This document shows, one piece after another, positions 10,501 through 21,032 of a DNA stretch of 64,000 nt. Source of the DNA: Candidatus Scatovivens sp. GTDB lineage: Bacteria; Bacillota; Clostridia; TANB77; CAG-508. Under the pieces are notes generated by a model that was not told the DNA's origin, ran no database searches, and saw only the letters and a program-made list of their open reading frames with translations. Both the position numbers and the translations under genes were made by a program. Where the stretch lies: positions 32,001 to 96,000 of the forward strand of contig JAZRKN010000006.1 in the NCBI GenBank assembly GCA_045646345.1, written 5' to 3'. Within the stretch, counting starts at the first letter, position 1. Each line of letters begins with the position of its first letter.

Positions 10501-12624
10501 TTATTTTGATTTCTTCTTAGTTGTAGATTTTTTTGTAGTTTTTTTATTTGAAGATTTTTTTGTTGTAGTTTTCGTAGTTTTTTTTGTATTTTTTTTCTCA
10601 TCTTGTTCAAATAATTCTTTATCTACTTCATTATTCGGTACAAATTTTTCTCCTACTTTTGGCTTATTCCACGAAATATAATAGCATCCTTGGCCAATTC
10701 CACCATTTTTCTCACAAATATAATAATTGCGTCTTGTTTTTGTTTTCTTTATTTGTACTGTTCCTCCACATACTGGACATGGAGTATCTATTGTTTCAAT
10801 AATAGGTTTTGCATTTTGACATTCTGGATATCCTGGACAAGCTAAAAATTTTCCAAATCTACCATATTTTATAACCATCATTCTTCCACATTTTTCACAT
10901 GGAGTATCAGATTCTTCATATGTTAATGTTACATGTTCTAGATCTTTTTCTACTTTTTCCACTGTTTGTCCAAAAGGTGTGTAAAACTCTCTTATTACAT
11001 TTTTCCATTTTTCTTCACCTACAGCGACCTTATCAAATTGTTCTTCTATTTGAGCTGTAAATTCTACATTTATAACATCTCCAAAGTTATCAATCAACAA
11101 TTTATTTACAACTCTTCCCAAATCTGTTGGCATCAATTGTTTTTGTACTTTTTCGATATATCTTCTTAATAGAATTGTAGTAATTGTAGGTGCATAAGTA
11201 CTAGGTCTACCTATTCCTTTTTCTTCTAATGTTTTAACTAGGCTCGCTTCTGTATATCTTGCAGGTGGTTCTGTAAAGCTTTGTTTTGCTTCTATTTCTT
11301 CTTTTTTAACCTCTTCACCTATTACTAACTCTGGAATTTTTTCAAATTCTTCTTTTTCTTCATTTTCTACATATAAAGTCATATAACCTTTAAATCTCAT
11401 TGTTTGACCATTAGCTTTAAAGTTATATTCATTTCCATCTATAGAAACTGCCACTGTATCGTAAATAGCAGAAGCCATTTGACTTGCCATAAATCTATTA
11501 TAAATTAATCTATATAATTTATATTGATCTGGAGTTAAACTATCTTTTATTGATTCTGGAGTTAATTCTATATGAGAAGGTCTTATTGCCTCGTGAGCAT
11601 CTTGTGCTTCTGACTTTGTTTTGTAAAATCTATTCTCATAATAATTTTCACCATATACATTAATTATATGTTCTTTTGCAGCTGCTCTTGCTTCATCAGA
11701 GATTCTTGTAGAGTCAGTTCTCATATATGTTATTAAACCTGTATCTCCAATTTCTGGTAATTTTACACCTTCATATAAACTTTGTGCTACAGACATTGTT
11801 TTCTTTAATGCAAAATTCAATTTTCTTGAAGCATCTTGTTGAAGTGTACTAGTTGTAAATGGTGGAGCTGGATTTCTTTTTCTTTCTCCTTTTTTTACAT
11901 CTACTACTTTATATTTTGCATTTTCTAAATCTGATAAAATTGAATCTACTTCTTCTTTAGAATGAAGTTCTACTTTTTCTCCATTTTTCCCTACAAACTT
12001 ACAATTAAATTTTGTTTTTGTTTTTTTATCAGAAACCATCAAATTTATATTCCAATATTCTTCAGGAACAAATTTCTCAATTTCTTCTTCTCTATCAACA
12101 ATTAATTTAACAGCAACAGATTGAACTCTTCCTGCTGATAAACCTCTTTTCACTTTTTTCCATAATACCGGACTTATTTTATAACCAACTATTCTATCTA
12201 ATACACGTCTTGCTTGTTGAGCATCTGTTAAATTTAAGTCTATTTTTCTTGGGTTATTAATTCCATTTTTTACTGCATCTTTTGTTATTTCATTAAAAGT
12301 TACTCTACAAATACTTTCAGGATCAATCCCTAAAATATGAGCTAAATGCCATGCAATTGCTTCACCTTCACGGTCAGGGTCAGTTGCAAGGTAAACTTTT
12401 TTAGCATCTTTTGCATCTTTCTTTAAAGAATTAATTAAACTAGCTTTTCCACGTATATTGATATACTCAGGTTCAAAATCATTTTCTATATTGATACCTA
12501 ATTTTGATTTTGGTAAATCTCTTATATGTCCCATTGAAGCAACTACTTTACTTTTTCCACCAAGGAATTTTTTTATTGTATTTGCTTTAGCAGGCGACTC
12601 CACTATAACTAATTTATCAATCAT
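10501..12624 (-). CDS. topA: DNA topoisomerase I
   Basis: LVIVESPAK, ATDPDREGE, SAGRVQS, ITYMRTDS; C-terminal Zn ribbons and Lys-rich tail. Confidence 0.99.
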   Translation of the reverse strand: MIDKLVIVESPAKANTIKKFLGGKSKVVASMGHIRDLPKSKLGINIENDFEPEYINIRGKASLINSLKKDAKDAKKVYLATDPDREGEAIAWHLAHILGIDPESICRVTFNEITKDAVKNGINNPRKIDLNLTDAQQARRVLDRIVGYKISPVLWKKVKRGLSAGRVQSVAVKLIVDREEEIEKFVPEEYWNINLMVSDKKTKTKFNCKFVGKNGEKVELHSKEEVDSILSDLENAKYKVVDVKKGERKRNPAPPFTTSTLQQDASRKLNFALKKTMSVAQSLYEGVKLPEIGDTGLITYMRTDSTRISDEARAAAKEHIINVYGENYYENRFYKTKSEAQDAHEAIRPSHIELTPESIKDSLTPDQYKLYRLIYNRFMASQMASAIYDTVAVSIDGNEYNFKANGQTMRFKGYMTLYVENEEKEEFEKIPELVIGEEVKKEEIEAKQSFTEPPARYTEASLVKTLEEKGIGRPSTYAPTITTILLRRYIEKVQKQLMPTDLGRVVNKLLIDNFGDVINVEFTAQIEEQFDKVAVGEEKWKNVIREFYTPFGQTVEKVEKDLEHVTLTYEESDTPCEKCGRMMVIKYGRFGKFLACPGYPECQNAKPIIETIDTPCPVCGGTVQIKKTKTRRNYYICEKNGGIGQGCYYISWNKPKVGEKFVPNNEVDKELFEQDEKKNTKKTTKTTTKKSSNKKTTKKSTTKKKSK

Positions 12625-12710
12625 TTATTTTCTCCCCTAAAGATTTATTATTACGTATGTATTGTAAATCATTATTTTATATTTTGCAAGTCCCTTCTTA
12701 TATATATGTA

Positions 12711-12747
12711 AAAAAATACATTTTAGAAATTCTAAAATGTATTTTTT
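12711..12747 (-). terminator. Terminator-like hairpin after the 780-aa orphan
   Basis: AAAAAATACATTTTAGA/TCTAAAATGTATTTTTT inverted repeat. Confidence 0.65.
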
Positions 12748-12754
12748 ATTTTTA

Positions 12755-15097
12755 TTATCTATCATCTCTTTCATCATCTTCAGGTGCTGCTTTTCTCATA
12801 AATGCATCAGGCTCTGCAATAGTAGAAACGACATCCTCTACTACTTCTTCTGCCACTTCTAAAATTGTAGGTTTTGCACCTTTTCCTGTCGCTTGTAATT
12901 CATTTTCGGTTGAATCACCTACTAATATAAGTTCAAATTTCTTCTTACCATATCTTTCTTCATCTAATCTTTTTTGTATTGCATCATTTAATGACGAATT
13001 TTTACATTGACTATATTTATCACATAACATTTGATAAGATTCAGGATTATGCGCTTTATAATAATCTAATAATTCTGTATCTAATTCTAAAATCTCATCT
13101 TCTTTTACATGTTCAAGCATATCCAATGTAGTTTCTAATTTACGTTCGTGTTTTTTCGTAGCATGCATTTCATCATTTAATCTTTTTTGCATTGCATTAT
13201 TTAATGATATATTTTGACATTGTCTATATTTATCACTTAATACTCTATAAGTATCTGGATCATTTTCTCTATAATAATCTAATAATTCTGTATCTAACTC
13301 CATACTAGCATCTCTTTTTACATGAGATAACATATCCATTGTAGAAATAAATCTTTCATACATTTCTCTTTTATTTGCATCTGTTGATGTTTTTGCTCTT
13401 ACAATTTGTCTTGCTGTTTCAGCTTTACGCTCTCTTTTTTGTCTTTCTTGTGGTTCTTTTTCAGCAGGTATTTCTTTCGCATGTCTCATACTTGCTTCTA
13501 ATGCATCTATATCTACAGTTTTTCCTTGTCCTTCTTTTATAGAGGCTATTCCAGCCACACAATATGCAACAATATCATCTGCTGATTGAAGTTGTTCAAT
13601 TCTTCTAATTTCTTCGTCCTTTTCTTCTTGACTCAAAAAATCCAATTTTCTTAAAAATTCTATTTTGGAATTTTTTAATTTATCTAAATCTTGTGGCCCA
13701 TGTAATGCATCATCGCAAAATGTTCTATACATTCCTTCTAGATTTGGATTTTCTTTTTTCTTCATTCCAACATACATTACATCATTTTTTATAAAATCTT
13801 TCTCTTCTTCAACATATTTATCAATCAATCCTTGTGTTTTTGCAATATTTTGTATATTTCCAGATTCTCTAGTTGTCTTTCTAACATATGCCAAACTCAT
13901 TGCATATAAATCAGGTGATGCCTCATTAATTTTTGAAAATCTTTCCCAATCAAATTCTTCTGAACCAGTCTTCAAACGCTCCACTTCATTTATTACATCA
14001 CAATATTCAATATATTCTTTGTCGTTTACATATAATAATCTTCCTTGTGGTTTTAATGTATCTGCAGTTACTCTAGAAGGATCCATATCAATTTCTGCTG
14101 CTTGTTTAGCAAGTTCTAATGCTTGCTCTTTAGTAATATGTGGATTTAATTCCGCAATTCTATCTGCAAAAAATTCTAAAAGTTTTTGTGGATTATTTTC
14201 TCTTTCAAATTCATCTAACATTTGACTTAAATGTACTCTTTGCTCTGCTGTTAATTGTTTATTAGACATAATATTCAGTCTAATATCACTTACAATTCTA
14301 CTTGATGAAGTTGTTTTTAAATTTAATTTTGTCATGTATCTATGTATAAGAATTATTAAATTTTTAGAATTTTCAGGTTCTACACGGCATCTAATTGCAG
14401 CCTCTTGTCCTTCAATATCTTCACAAAGAAATCTCTGTTCTTCAGGATCTTCAGTTTTTTGTAATGATTTCCCAGCAACTTCCGCACGATGTCTTTCTTC
14501 CAATCTATATTCTTCTGAATTTGTCACTTCTGTTAGTTCTTCTGCAATTTCATCTGCATTATCTGTATTAATATCTTTAACAATGTCTTTTGCTTTTTTA
14601 TCAGACTCTGTCTCAGAATTAATTATATTCATCGCTAACGCTATTTCTGGGCTAGAAGCTATAAGTTTTGAAGACTCAGAAAAGAATGGAATATTTGCAT
14701 GAGGCGGTTTTCTTCCCTCTAACATGGCTTCATAATTTTCAATTAATTGAATCTTCGTTGCTTCTTCATGAAGTGTTTTTACAACACCTCCACTTCTTTC
14801 AACGTTTTCTAAAGACGTTATTGTCTCATTACTTATTTCTGTTGAAATCATAAGAGCTACTTTTTGCATCATTCCAATAGTAATATGAGAAATATTAAAT
14901 TCTCTTTGTGTTTTTTCACAAATATCATTTAATTTCTTCTCTAGTCCATCTCTATTGCTTTCCTTTTGCATTTCTTGTTCCCTTAGCATATCTTTTAATT
15001 CTGATTCAGTATAATTTTTCTTTTTCCCTTTATTTTTTCTTTCATTTCTTGTTAACTCATCTGCAGCACTTTCAATTATAGATAAAATATTTTCCAT
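12755..15097 (-). CDS. Hypothetical 780-aa charged helical protein with an internal 71-aa duplication
   Basis: Long ORF 16 nt downstream of murG with SD AGGAG; ELDTELLDYY block occurs twice. Confidence 0.85.
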   Translation of the reverse strand: MENILSIIESAADELTRNERKNKGKKKNYTESELKDMLREQEMQKESNRDGLEKKLNDICEKTQREFNISHITIGMMQKVALMISTEISNETITSLENVERSGGVVKTLHEEATKIQLIENYEAMLEGRKPPHANIPFFSESSKLIASSPEIALAMNIINSETESDKKAKDIVKDINTDNADEIAEELTEVTNSEEYRLEERHRAEVAGKSLQKTEDPEEQRFLCEDIEGQEAAIRCRVEPENSKNLIILIHRYMTKLNLKTTSSSRIVSDIRLNIMSNKQLTAEQRVHLSQMLDEFERENNPQKLLEFFADRIAELNPHITKEQALELAKQAAEIDMDPSRVTADTLKPQGRLLYVNDKEYIEYCDVINEVERLKTGSEEFDWERFSKINEASPDLYAMSLAYVRKTTRESGNIQNIAKTQGLIDKYVEEEKDFIKNDVMYVGMKKKENPNLEGMYRTFCDDALHGPQDLDKLKNSKIEFLRKLDFLSQEEKDEEIRRIEQLQSADDIVAYCVAGIASIKEGQGKTVDIDALEASMRHAKEIPAEKEPQERQKRERKAETARQIVRAKTSTDANKREMYERFISTMDMLSHVKRDASMELDTELLDYYRENDPDTYRVLSDKYRQCQNISLNNAMQKRLNDEMHATKKHERKLETTLDMLEHVKEDEILELDTELLDYYKAHNPESYQMLCDKYSQCKNSSLNDAIQKRLDEERYGKKKFELILVGDSTENELQATGKGAKPTILEVAEEVVEDVVSTIAEPDAFMRKAAPEDDERDDR
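12958..13355 (-). repeat. Intragenic tandem duplication, 213-nt (71-aa) period, 2 copies
   Basis: AATTCTGTATCTAA at 13071 and 13284; copies DML.HVK.D...ELDTELLDYY....P..Y..L.DKY.QC.N.SLN.A.QKRL. Confidence 0.85.
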
Positions 15098-15113
15098 ATA
15101 TTTCTCCTGAAAT

Positions 15114-16229
15114 TTATTTTAAAATTTTTTCAATCTCTTCAAAAATCTTTTCTTCTACATCCTTTGGAGCTATTGTACTAGCCATTTTTCCCATTTCTTC
15201 TAGTTCTGTTTTATCAAGTATAATATCATCAATTTCATCTGAAAGTATTTGTCCATTAACATCTTGATTCAAAATCATTTTTGCTGCACCAATTTTCTTT
15301 AAAACCAATGCATTATCCTCTTGTCTATTTGCAGACATTGATGGTAGCGGTATAAATATCGCTGGTTTTCCAACAATTGATACTTCTGTAATCGTCATTG
15401 CTCCACTTCTACATACCATTAAATCAGAAATATTCATAAGTTCTTCCATATTATATATATATGGTATAACTTTTACATTTTTTAAATTGTTAATATTTAT
15501 ATTTTCTTTTTCAAAATTTTCTTTTACAATATCATATTGTTTTGGTCCTGTTGCCCAAATTATTTGATATTTTTGATTTTTATTTAGTTTTATTAATTCT
15601 AAAACTGCTTCATTAATTTTTTGAGCTCCTTGGCTTCCGCCATATATCAAAACTATTGGTAAATCATTTTTTATACCTATTTCTTCTAAGATTTCTTTTT
15701 TTCTTTTTGCTGAAATATCTACTTTTCTTATTTTTGTAGGAGTTCCGGTTACAATAACTTTTTTACAACCTTCTAACTTAGACTTTGTATCTTCAAATCC
15801 AACCAAAACAGCATCTACTTTTTTAGAAAACATTTTTACGGCTTTTCCTGGATAAGCATTACTTTCATGAAGCATTGTTGGTATTTTTCTTGTTGTTGCC
15901 ACATAAAAAACTGGTCCGCATATATATCCGCCAGTTCCTATTACAATGTCTGGTTTAAATTCATCAAAAATCTTTTTTACATCTTTTCTACTAGCTATTG
16001 TTTGTAACATATGTTTTATGTTTGTTAATGAAAATTCTTTCTTTAGTCCATATACATCAATAGTCTTTAATTGATAACCAGCTCTTGGCACCAAGTCATT
16101 TTCTAATCCTCTGTTAGTTCCTATAAAAAGTATTTCTGACTTTGGGTCTTTTTCTTTTATTTTATTAGCTATAGCAATTCCAGGATTTATATGACCTCCT
16201 GTTCCTGCTGCAGAAATTATAACTCTCAT
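15114..16229 (-). CDS. murG: Undecaprenyl-PP-MurNAc-pentapeptide GlcNAc transferase
   Basis: GTGGHINP, GTGGY, HESNAYPG, GGSQGA, RSGAMT. Confidence 0.97.
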   Translation of the reverse strand: MRVIISAAGTGGHINPGIAIANKIKEKDPKSEILFIGTNRGLENDLVPRAGYQLKTIDVYGLKKEFSLTNIKHMLQTIASRKDVKKIFDEFKPDIVIGTGGYICGPVFYVATTRKIPTMLHESNAYPGKAVKMFSKKVDAVLVGFEDTKSKLEGCKKVIVTGTPTKIRKVDISAKRKKEILEEIGIKNDLPIVLIYGGSQGAQKINEAVLELIKLNKNQKYQIIWATGPKQYDIVKENFEKENININNLKNVKVIPYIYNMEELMNISDLMVCRSGAMTITEVSIVGKPAIFIPLPSMSANRQEDNALVLKKIGAAKMILNQDVNGQILSDEIDDIILDKTELEEMGKMASTIAPKDVEEKIFEEIEKILK

Positions 16230-16290
16230 TATGTACTTCCTTTTTTCATATTTAGGAATCTTGGTTTCCTATCCACCATTTTATATAATT

Positions 16291-17484
16291 TTAAATTTTA
16301 TCTTTTTTACCATTTCTAGATATACTCAGTAAGACACCTACTGCCATTAAATCTGCAAGCATTGCAGAACCTCCATAGCTAAAAAATGGAAGTGGCATAC
16401 CAGTAACAGGTATTGTATTAGTAACAACCGCTATATTTATCAGAGCCTGTAATCCAATCATCGTTGTAATACCAATAGCTATTAATGATCCAAACATATC
16501 CTCTGATTTTATTGCAACAACAATTCCTCTCCAAACAAACAGTGCAAATAACATTATTACAAATATTGCACCAATAAATCCCAATTCTTCTGCTAAAACC
16601 GCAAAAATAAAATCATTTTGTGGATATGGTAGATATAAATATTTTTGTTTACTATTTCCAAGCCCTAAACCAAATAATCCACCAGATCCTATTGCATATA
16701 AACTTTGAGTTATTTGCCATGCACTTCCTGTTAAATCAGCTTCATCTAATTTTAGCCATGTTCTTATTCTTGTAAATCTAAAGTTTGTATTTTCATCCGC
16801 AGGCGCTAATGCCATATTTATTACACATCCAACACCAAAAACTGCTACAGTTATAATCGGCAATAACCATTTTGGATCAGAAACAATTGCAGATCCTGCA
16901 ACAAACATTTGAATTATTATTATCATTCCAATTATAATAGCAGAACTCAAATGGTTTTGCATAAAGAATAATACAGCTGCAATTATCAAATAAAAAAATA
17001 TAGGCACAATAAAACCTGGAAAAGCTTTTTTTATTCTATTATTTTCTCTCATATCGCTTAAAAAAGCAGCAAAGAAAATTATTAATCCAAGCTTAGCAAA
17101 TTCTGATGGTTGAAAAGAAAAACCAATGTTTATCCATCTTCTAGCACCATTTTCACCAGTACCAAATATTCCAACAAGTACAAGTAAAACTAAACAAAGA
17201 AAATATATTATCCATTTAAATCTTTTATAAAATCTATAGTCTAATATTGATAATCCAAACATAAATGCCAATCCTAATAACGCAATACCACCTTGTTTTA
17301 CAACATAAGTGTAACTATTTTCGCTTTCAGCAAATGATGTTGGAGCACTTGCTGATAATAACATTATTAACCCTATACTTAAAAGTAATAGGGTTATAAT
17401 TAATATTGAATAATCAAATTTTCCAGTTAAAAAAATACTATTTTTTTTTGCTTTTGTTTTATTTGCCATATTTTTACCTATCAA
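16291..17484 (-). CDS. ftsW: SEDS family protein FtsW/SpoVE
   Basis: GARRW, FQPSEFAK, GSGGLFGLG, DFIFAVLAEELG, PFFSYGGS; start is TTG 17484 or ATG 17469. Confidence 0.93.
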   Translation of the reverse strand: MIGKNMANKTKAKKNSIFLTGKFDYSILIITLLLLSIGLIMLLSASAPTSFAESENSYTYVVKQGGIALLGLAFMFGLSILDYRFYKRFKWIIYFLCLVLLVLVGIFGTGENGARRWINIGFSFQPSEFAKLGLIIFFAAFLSDMRENNRIKKAFPGFIVPIFFYLIIAAVLFFMQNHLSSAIIIGMIIIIQMFVAGSAIVSDPKWLLPIITVAVFGVGCVINMALAPADENTNFRFTRIRTWLKLDEADLTGSAWQITQSLYAIGSGGLFGLGLGNSKQKYLYLPYPQNDFIFAVLAEELGFIGAIFVIMLFALFVWRGIVVAIKSEDMFGSLIAIGITTMIGLQALINIAVVTNTIPVTGMPLPFFSYGGSAMLADLMAVGVLLSISRNGKKDKI

Positions 17485-17530
17485 ATATAGTTCCTTAGTT
17501 TATTTAGATTTTAAGGAAAATCTATAAACC

Positions 17531-18502
17531 TTATACTATTAAAATTGCAATTATTGCAGCAATTAATGTCACTAAAGAAAATACTGCAACAACTTTATTT
17601 TCTCTCCATCCTGTCAATTCAAAATGATGATGTAACGGAGACATTCTAAATAATCTTTTTCCTGTAAATCTAAAATATACAACTTGCATAATAACAGATA
17701 ATGTTTCTATTACTGGGATTATTGCAATTAAAAGCAACATTAATGGTAATTTTAAATATATTGTCATACTTGAAATTACTCCACCTAGCAAAAGAGATCC
17801 AGTATCTCCCATCATTACTTTTGCTCTATAAAAATTATATATTAAAAATCCAGCACAGCTTCCAACTACTATTGCTCCAAAAGCAGATATACTTGAAAAT
17901 CCAACTTTCATTGCAATTATTGATATTGCTGTAATCATTATTGCACTAACACTTCCAGCTAACCCATCCACTCCATCAGTTAAATTTACTGCATTTGTAC
18001 TTGCAAGCATTACTAATATTGTAAATGGTATATATAGCCAAATAGGTAAATTCAAATTATAATTAATTATTGGTATTATAATGTCTGTTCCTAGACCAAC
18101 ATATTTTATTAAAAACATTGTATATAATACAGAAATTATCAAAAGCCCAAACATTTTTAATTTAGGATTTAATCCTTCTGTATTTTTTAAAACAACTTTT
18201 TTAAAATCATCTATAAAACCAACTATTCCAAATCCAATACTTGCTGCCGCAATTGCTAAAATTGGAACAATTAATTCCTTAGTTGGATTTAAAATACAAT
18301 ATATTGAAACAAAAACAATTATTGAAATCATCATCATAATTCCTCCCATTGTTGGTGTTCCTTGTTTTTTTAGATGTGCTCTAGGCCCACATGCTCTTTC
18401 ATTTTGACCTACTTTTAATTTTTTCAAAATTGGTATTATAATTTTACCCAAAATAGCTGTTAGTACAAAAGATAAAATTAAAAATATTATCTGTGTTGTC
18501 AT
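17531..18502 (-). CDS. mraY: Phospho-MurNAc-pentapeptide transferase
   Basis: KQGTPTMGG, GFIDD, NAVNLTDGVDGL, MGDTGS, PLHHHFE. Confidence 0.98.
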   Translation of the reverse strand: MTTQIIFLILSFVLTAILGKIIIPILKKLKVGQNERACGPRAHLKKQGTPTMGGIMMMISIIVFVSIYCILNPTKELIVPILAIAAASIGFGIVGFIDDFKKVVLKNTEGLNPKLKMFGLLIISVLYTMFLIKYVGLGTDIIIPIINYNLNLPIWLYIPFTILVMLASTNAVNLTDGVDGLAGSVSAIMITAISIIAMKVGFSSISAFGAIVVGSCAGFLIYNFYRAKVMMGDTGSLLLGGVISSMTIYLKLPLMLLLIAIIPVIETLSVIMQVVYFRFTGKRLFRMSPLHHHFELTGWRENKVVAVFSLVTLIAAIIAILIV

Positions 18503-19974
18503 TATTTTTTCTCTCCTAATATTTCTTTTACAATTATTCTTTCGTCAAATGGGAATTTTTCACCTTTAATTTCTTGGTACACTTCATGACCTTTTCCAGC
18601 TAAAATTACTAAATCTCTTTTTCCCATCATTTTTATAGCTTTTTCGATAGCTTCTCTTCTGTCTACTACTATTTCATATTTTCCTTTTGTTTTTTCGATT
18701 CCTTTTTCAATATCTTTTATGATATCTTCTGGTTCCTCAGATCTTGGATTATCAGTTGTTACAATAGTATAATCCGCTAATCTTCCTGCAACCTCTCCCA
18801 TACGAGGTCTTTTTTCTCTATCTCTATCTCCGCCACAACCAAATACACAAATTACTTTTCCTGGTGTATATGTTTTTGTTGCTTGAAGTATATTTTCTAA
18901 ACTTTCTGCTGTATGAGCATAATCTAACATTATTGGTAATTCAGCTTTGTTAGGAACTAACTCATTTCTTCCTGGTACCAATATTGTCTCTAAAGCTTCT
19001 TTTATTTTATCAACTTCTATTCCTAATGCAGATGCTAAAGATATTGTAGCCAAAGCATTGTAAACACTATATCTTCCTGGAATATTTACTTTTATTCTTT
19101 CATTTCTCATTCCAAGTTTTACTTTAAAATCTACACTTACATTTGTTATTGTTATATCTTTTGCTAATAAATCAGCTTTATTATCTACTGCATAAGTTGT
19201 TATATTGCAATTTGGAGAATTTTTTATTATTTTTGGACATTTAAAATCGTCACTATTTACAAATCCTCTTGGACACATTTGGAATAATTTTAATTTTGAT
19301 TCAAAATATTCGTTCATATCCGCGTGTTCTTTTTCGCTTATATGATCTTTATATAAATTTGTAAATACTCCGTAGTCAAAATTACAACCTTCAACTCTAG
19401 ATAATTTTAGACTTTGTGAAGATACTTCCATAACAACATAGTCACATTTGGCTTTTGCCATTTTATAAAATAACCCTTGAAGTTCTAAGCTTTCTGGAGT
19501 TGTTCTATTACTATATCCTAAACATTCGTCACCGATGTAGTTAGCAATAGTTCCTATCAATCCAACTTTATAACCTGCTTTTTCTAAAACAGCTTTAATC
19601 ATATGTGTTGTTGTTGTTTTTCCTTTTGTTCCTGTAACACCTATAAGTTTAAAATATCTTGATGGATTCCCAAAATAATTACATGATACTCTTGCTAACG
19701 CTTTTCTTGTATCATCTGTAATTATTACTGTTATTCCACTTGGTATTTTTAATTTAGAAAAATCTGCAGACATATCTAACATTACTGCTGTAGCTCCATT
19801 TTCTATAGCTTCAGCAACATATGTATGCCCATCAAAATCATATCCTCTTATTGCTATAAATAAAGAATTTGGTACAATTTTTTTAGAATTGCATTCCACT
19901 TTCTTTATATCAATTTCTACATCTCCCTTTGCTTTATAATTTTCAATTCCTGCTAATAGTTTTTTTAATTCCAT
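18502..19974 (-). CDS. murE: UDP-MurNAc-Ala-Glu--meso-DAP ligase
   Basis: GVTGTKGKTT, MEVSSQ, DYAHT, FGCGGDRD, DNPR (DAP-specific), AGKGHE. Confidence 0.97.
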   Translation of the reverse strand: MELKKLLAGIENYKAKGDVEIDIKKVECNSKKIVPNSLFIAIRGYDFDGHTYVAEAIENGATAVMLDMSADFSKLKIPSGITVIITDDTRKALARVSCNYFGNPSRYFKLIGVTGTKGKTTTTHMIKAVLEKAGYKVGLIGTIANYIGDECLGYSNRTTPESLELQGLFYKMAKAKCDYVVMEVSSQSLKLSRVEGCNFDYGVFTNLYKDHISEKEHADMNEYFESKLKLFQMCPRGFVNSDDFKCPKIIKNSPNCNITTYAVDNKADLLAKDITITNVSVDFKVKLGMRNERIKVNIPGRYSVYNALATISLASALGIEVDKIKEALETILVPGRNELVPNKAELPIMLDYAHTAESLENILQATKTYTPGKVICVFGCGGDRDREKRPRMGEVAGRLADYTIVTTDNPRSEEPEDIIKDIEKGIEKTKGKYEIVVDRREAIEKAIKMMGKRDLVILAGKGHEVYQEIKGEKFPFDERIIVKEILGEKK

Positions 19975-20183
19975 TTGAAATTCCTCCGAATTTTTTTCAA
20001 AAAATGCAAAATCTTACATTATTTTTTTAAGTCTGTAAACACAAAATTTCCATTTTATATTTACTCAATGCTATTATATAGCAAAATCATTTTTTTGTAC
20101 AGAAAATCTTTATAATTATTATTAATTTTATTAGTATTTTTCAATATTATTCTTCTGTTTTTTTAGTATTTTTTATTTAATTT

Positions 20184-20221
20184 AAAAAACAAGAGAGAGC
20201 GTGAAATATCACGACTCTCTC
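20184..20221 (-). terminator. Intrinsic terminator of the GC-rich 225-aa gene
   Basis: GAGAGAGTCGTGA-TATT-TCACGCTCTCTC followed by TTGTTTTTT. Confidence 0.8.
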
Positions 20222-20246
20222 CGTCTGTGTCCTCATCAAAACTTAC

Positions 20247-20924
20247 TTAAAAATACAAAAACGCTCTTGTTCTCGCTTCAGGAATCCTAAAATCCTGGCT
20301 GTAAATATAGCGTTTTCTGGCAACATAATTGCCTTCGCCGTCACTAAACGGCTGTCCTTCTCTTGCGACTACTTTGTCAGCAAATTTTTCATTGGTCCAT
20401 TCCATTTCAAAAATGTTACCAAGAAGCTGACTCAAGGTGGCGCCGCCGCAATCTCGATTAAGAATTTCTTTTTGCTCAGCTATGTTTTGAGGACTGTTAA
20501 GCCATTCAGATTCGGTCAAAAAACCAGTCTCAATAAGCCACTTTCCAAGAGTATCATATACCACTCCATAAGGAAGAGTAGACTTAAGTTCCGGAATTCT
20601 CAGTGCTTCTGCGGTATTAACAGCCTCGTCATAGCTTCCTCCCATTTCATCCAAAAAATCTTTGGTAAGGAAAAAGCCATGATTTTTTCTTATACTTTCG
20701 ATAACTTCTTCGGGAACAGATTCGTGAAACCAAGTATCAGAAAATATTTCTGCATCATCCCAGGCCACTCTTTCAAATTCCAAGAAGTCTGTGCGGAAGA
20801 AGGTAATTTCTCTCCCTAAATATTCCATTGTTACTCCAACAATGCCATTCTTAGGAGTGGAAATTATCTTTTTGATTACTGCGCATGCAGGCACACGCAA
20901 TTCAAAGACACGATTCTCAGTCAT
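20247..20924 (-). CDS. Hypothetical 225-aa protein, probable divergent FGE-sulfatase (C-type lectin fold) domain
   Basis: SIRKNHGFF, KSTLPYGVVYDTLGKWL, LGNIFEMEWT, VVAREG and terminal RAFLYF resemble FGE-sulfatase motifs; SD GGAGG; GC above background. The ORF is well supported, the domain call is tentative. Confidence 0.6.
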   Translation of the reverse strand: MTENRVFELRVPACAVIKKIISTPKNGIVGVTMEYLGREITFFRTDFLEFERVAWDDAEIFSDTWFHESVPEEVIESIRKNHGFFLTKDFLDEMGGSYDEAVNTAEALRIPELKSTLPYGVVYDTLGKWLIETGFLTESEWLNSPQNIAEQKEILNRDCGGATLSQLLGNIFEMEWTNEKFADKVVAREGQPFSDGEGNYVARKRYIYSQDFRIPEARTRAFLYF

Positions 20925-20976
20925 TTTTGGTTACCTCCATGTTGTTTCTTTGAGAACTAAGTTTTGCGCCGAAAAT

Positions 20977-21005
20977 ATAATACTGCATTTTTCTTGTTTT
21001 TGCAA
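20977..21005 (-). promoter_or_regulatory. sigma-A-type promoter of the 225-aa gene
   Basis: TTGCAA, 17 nt spacer, TATTAT. Confidence 0.6.
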
Positions 21006-21032
21006 GCTTTTTAACAAAACATCAGCACCAAA

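Noticed and set aside
10501-10600. Lys/Thr-rich repeat at the topA C-terminus
   Set aside because: Basic low-complexity tails are common in TopA
3483-20240. Shared 11-mer TCCTCATCAAA near the 3' ends of two GC-rich cassettes (3483 and 20230)
   Set aside because: It is coding in one cassette and non-coding in the other, and is not seen in the third; too short to call an att site
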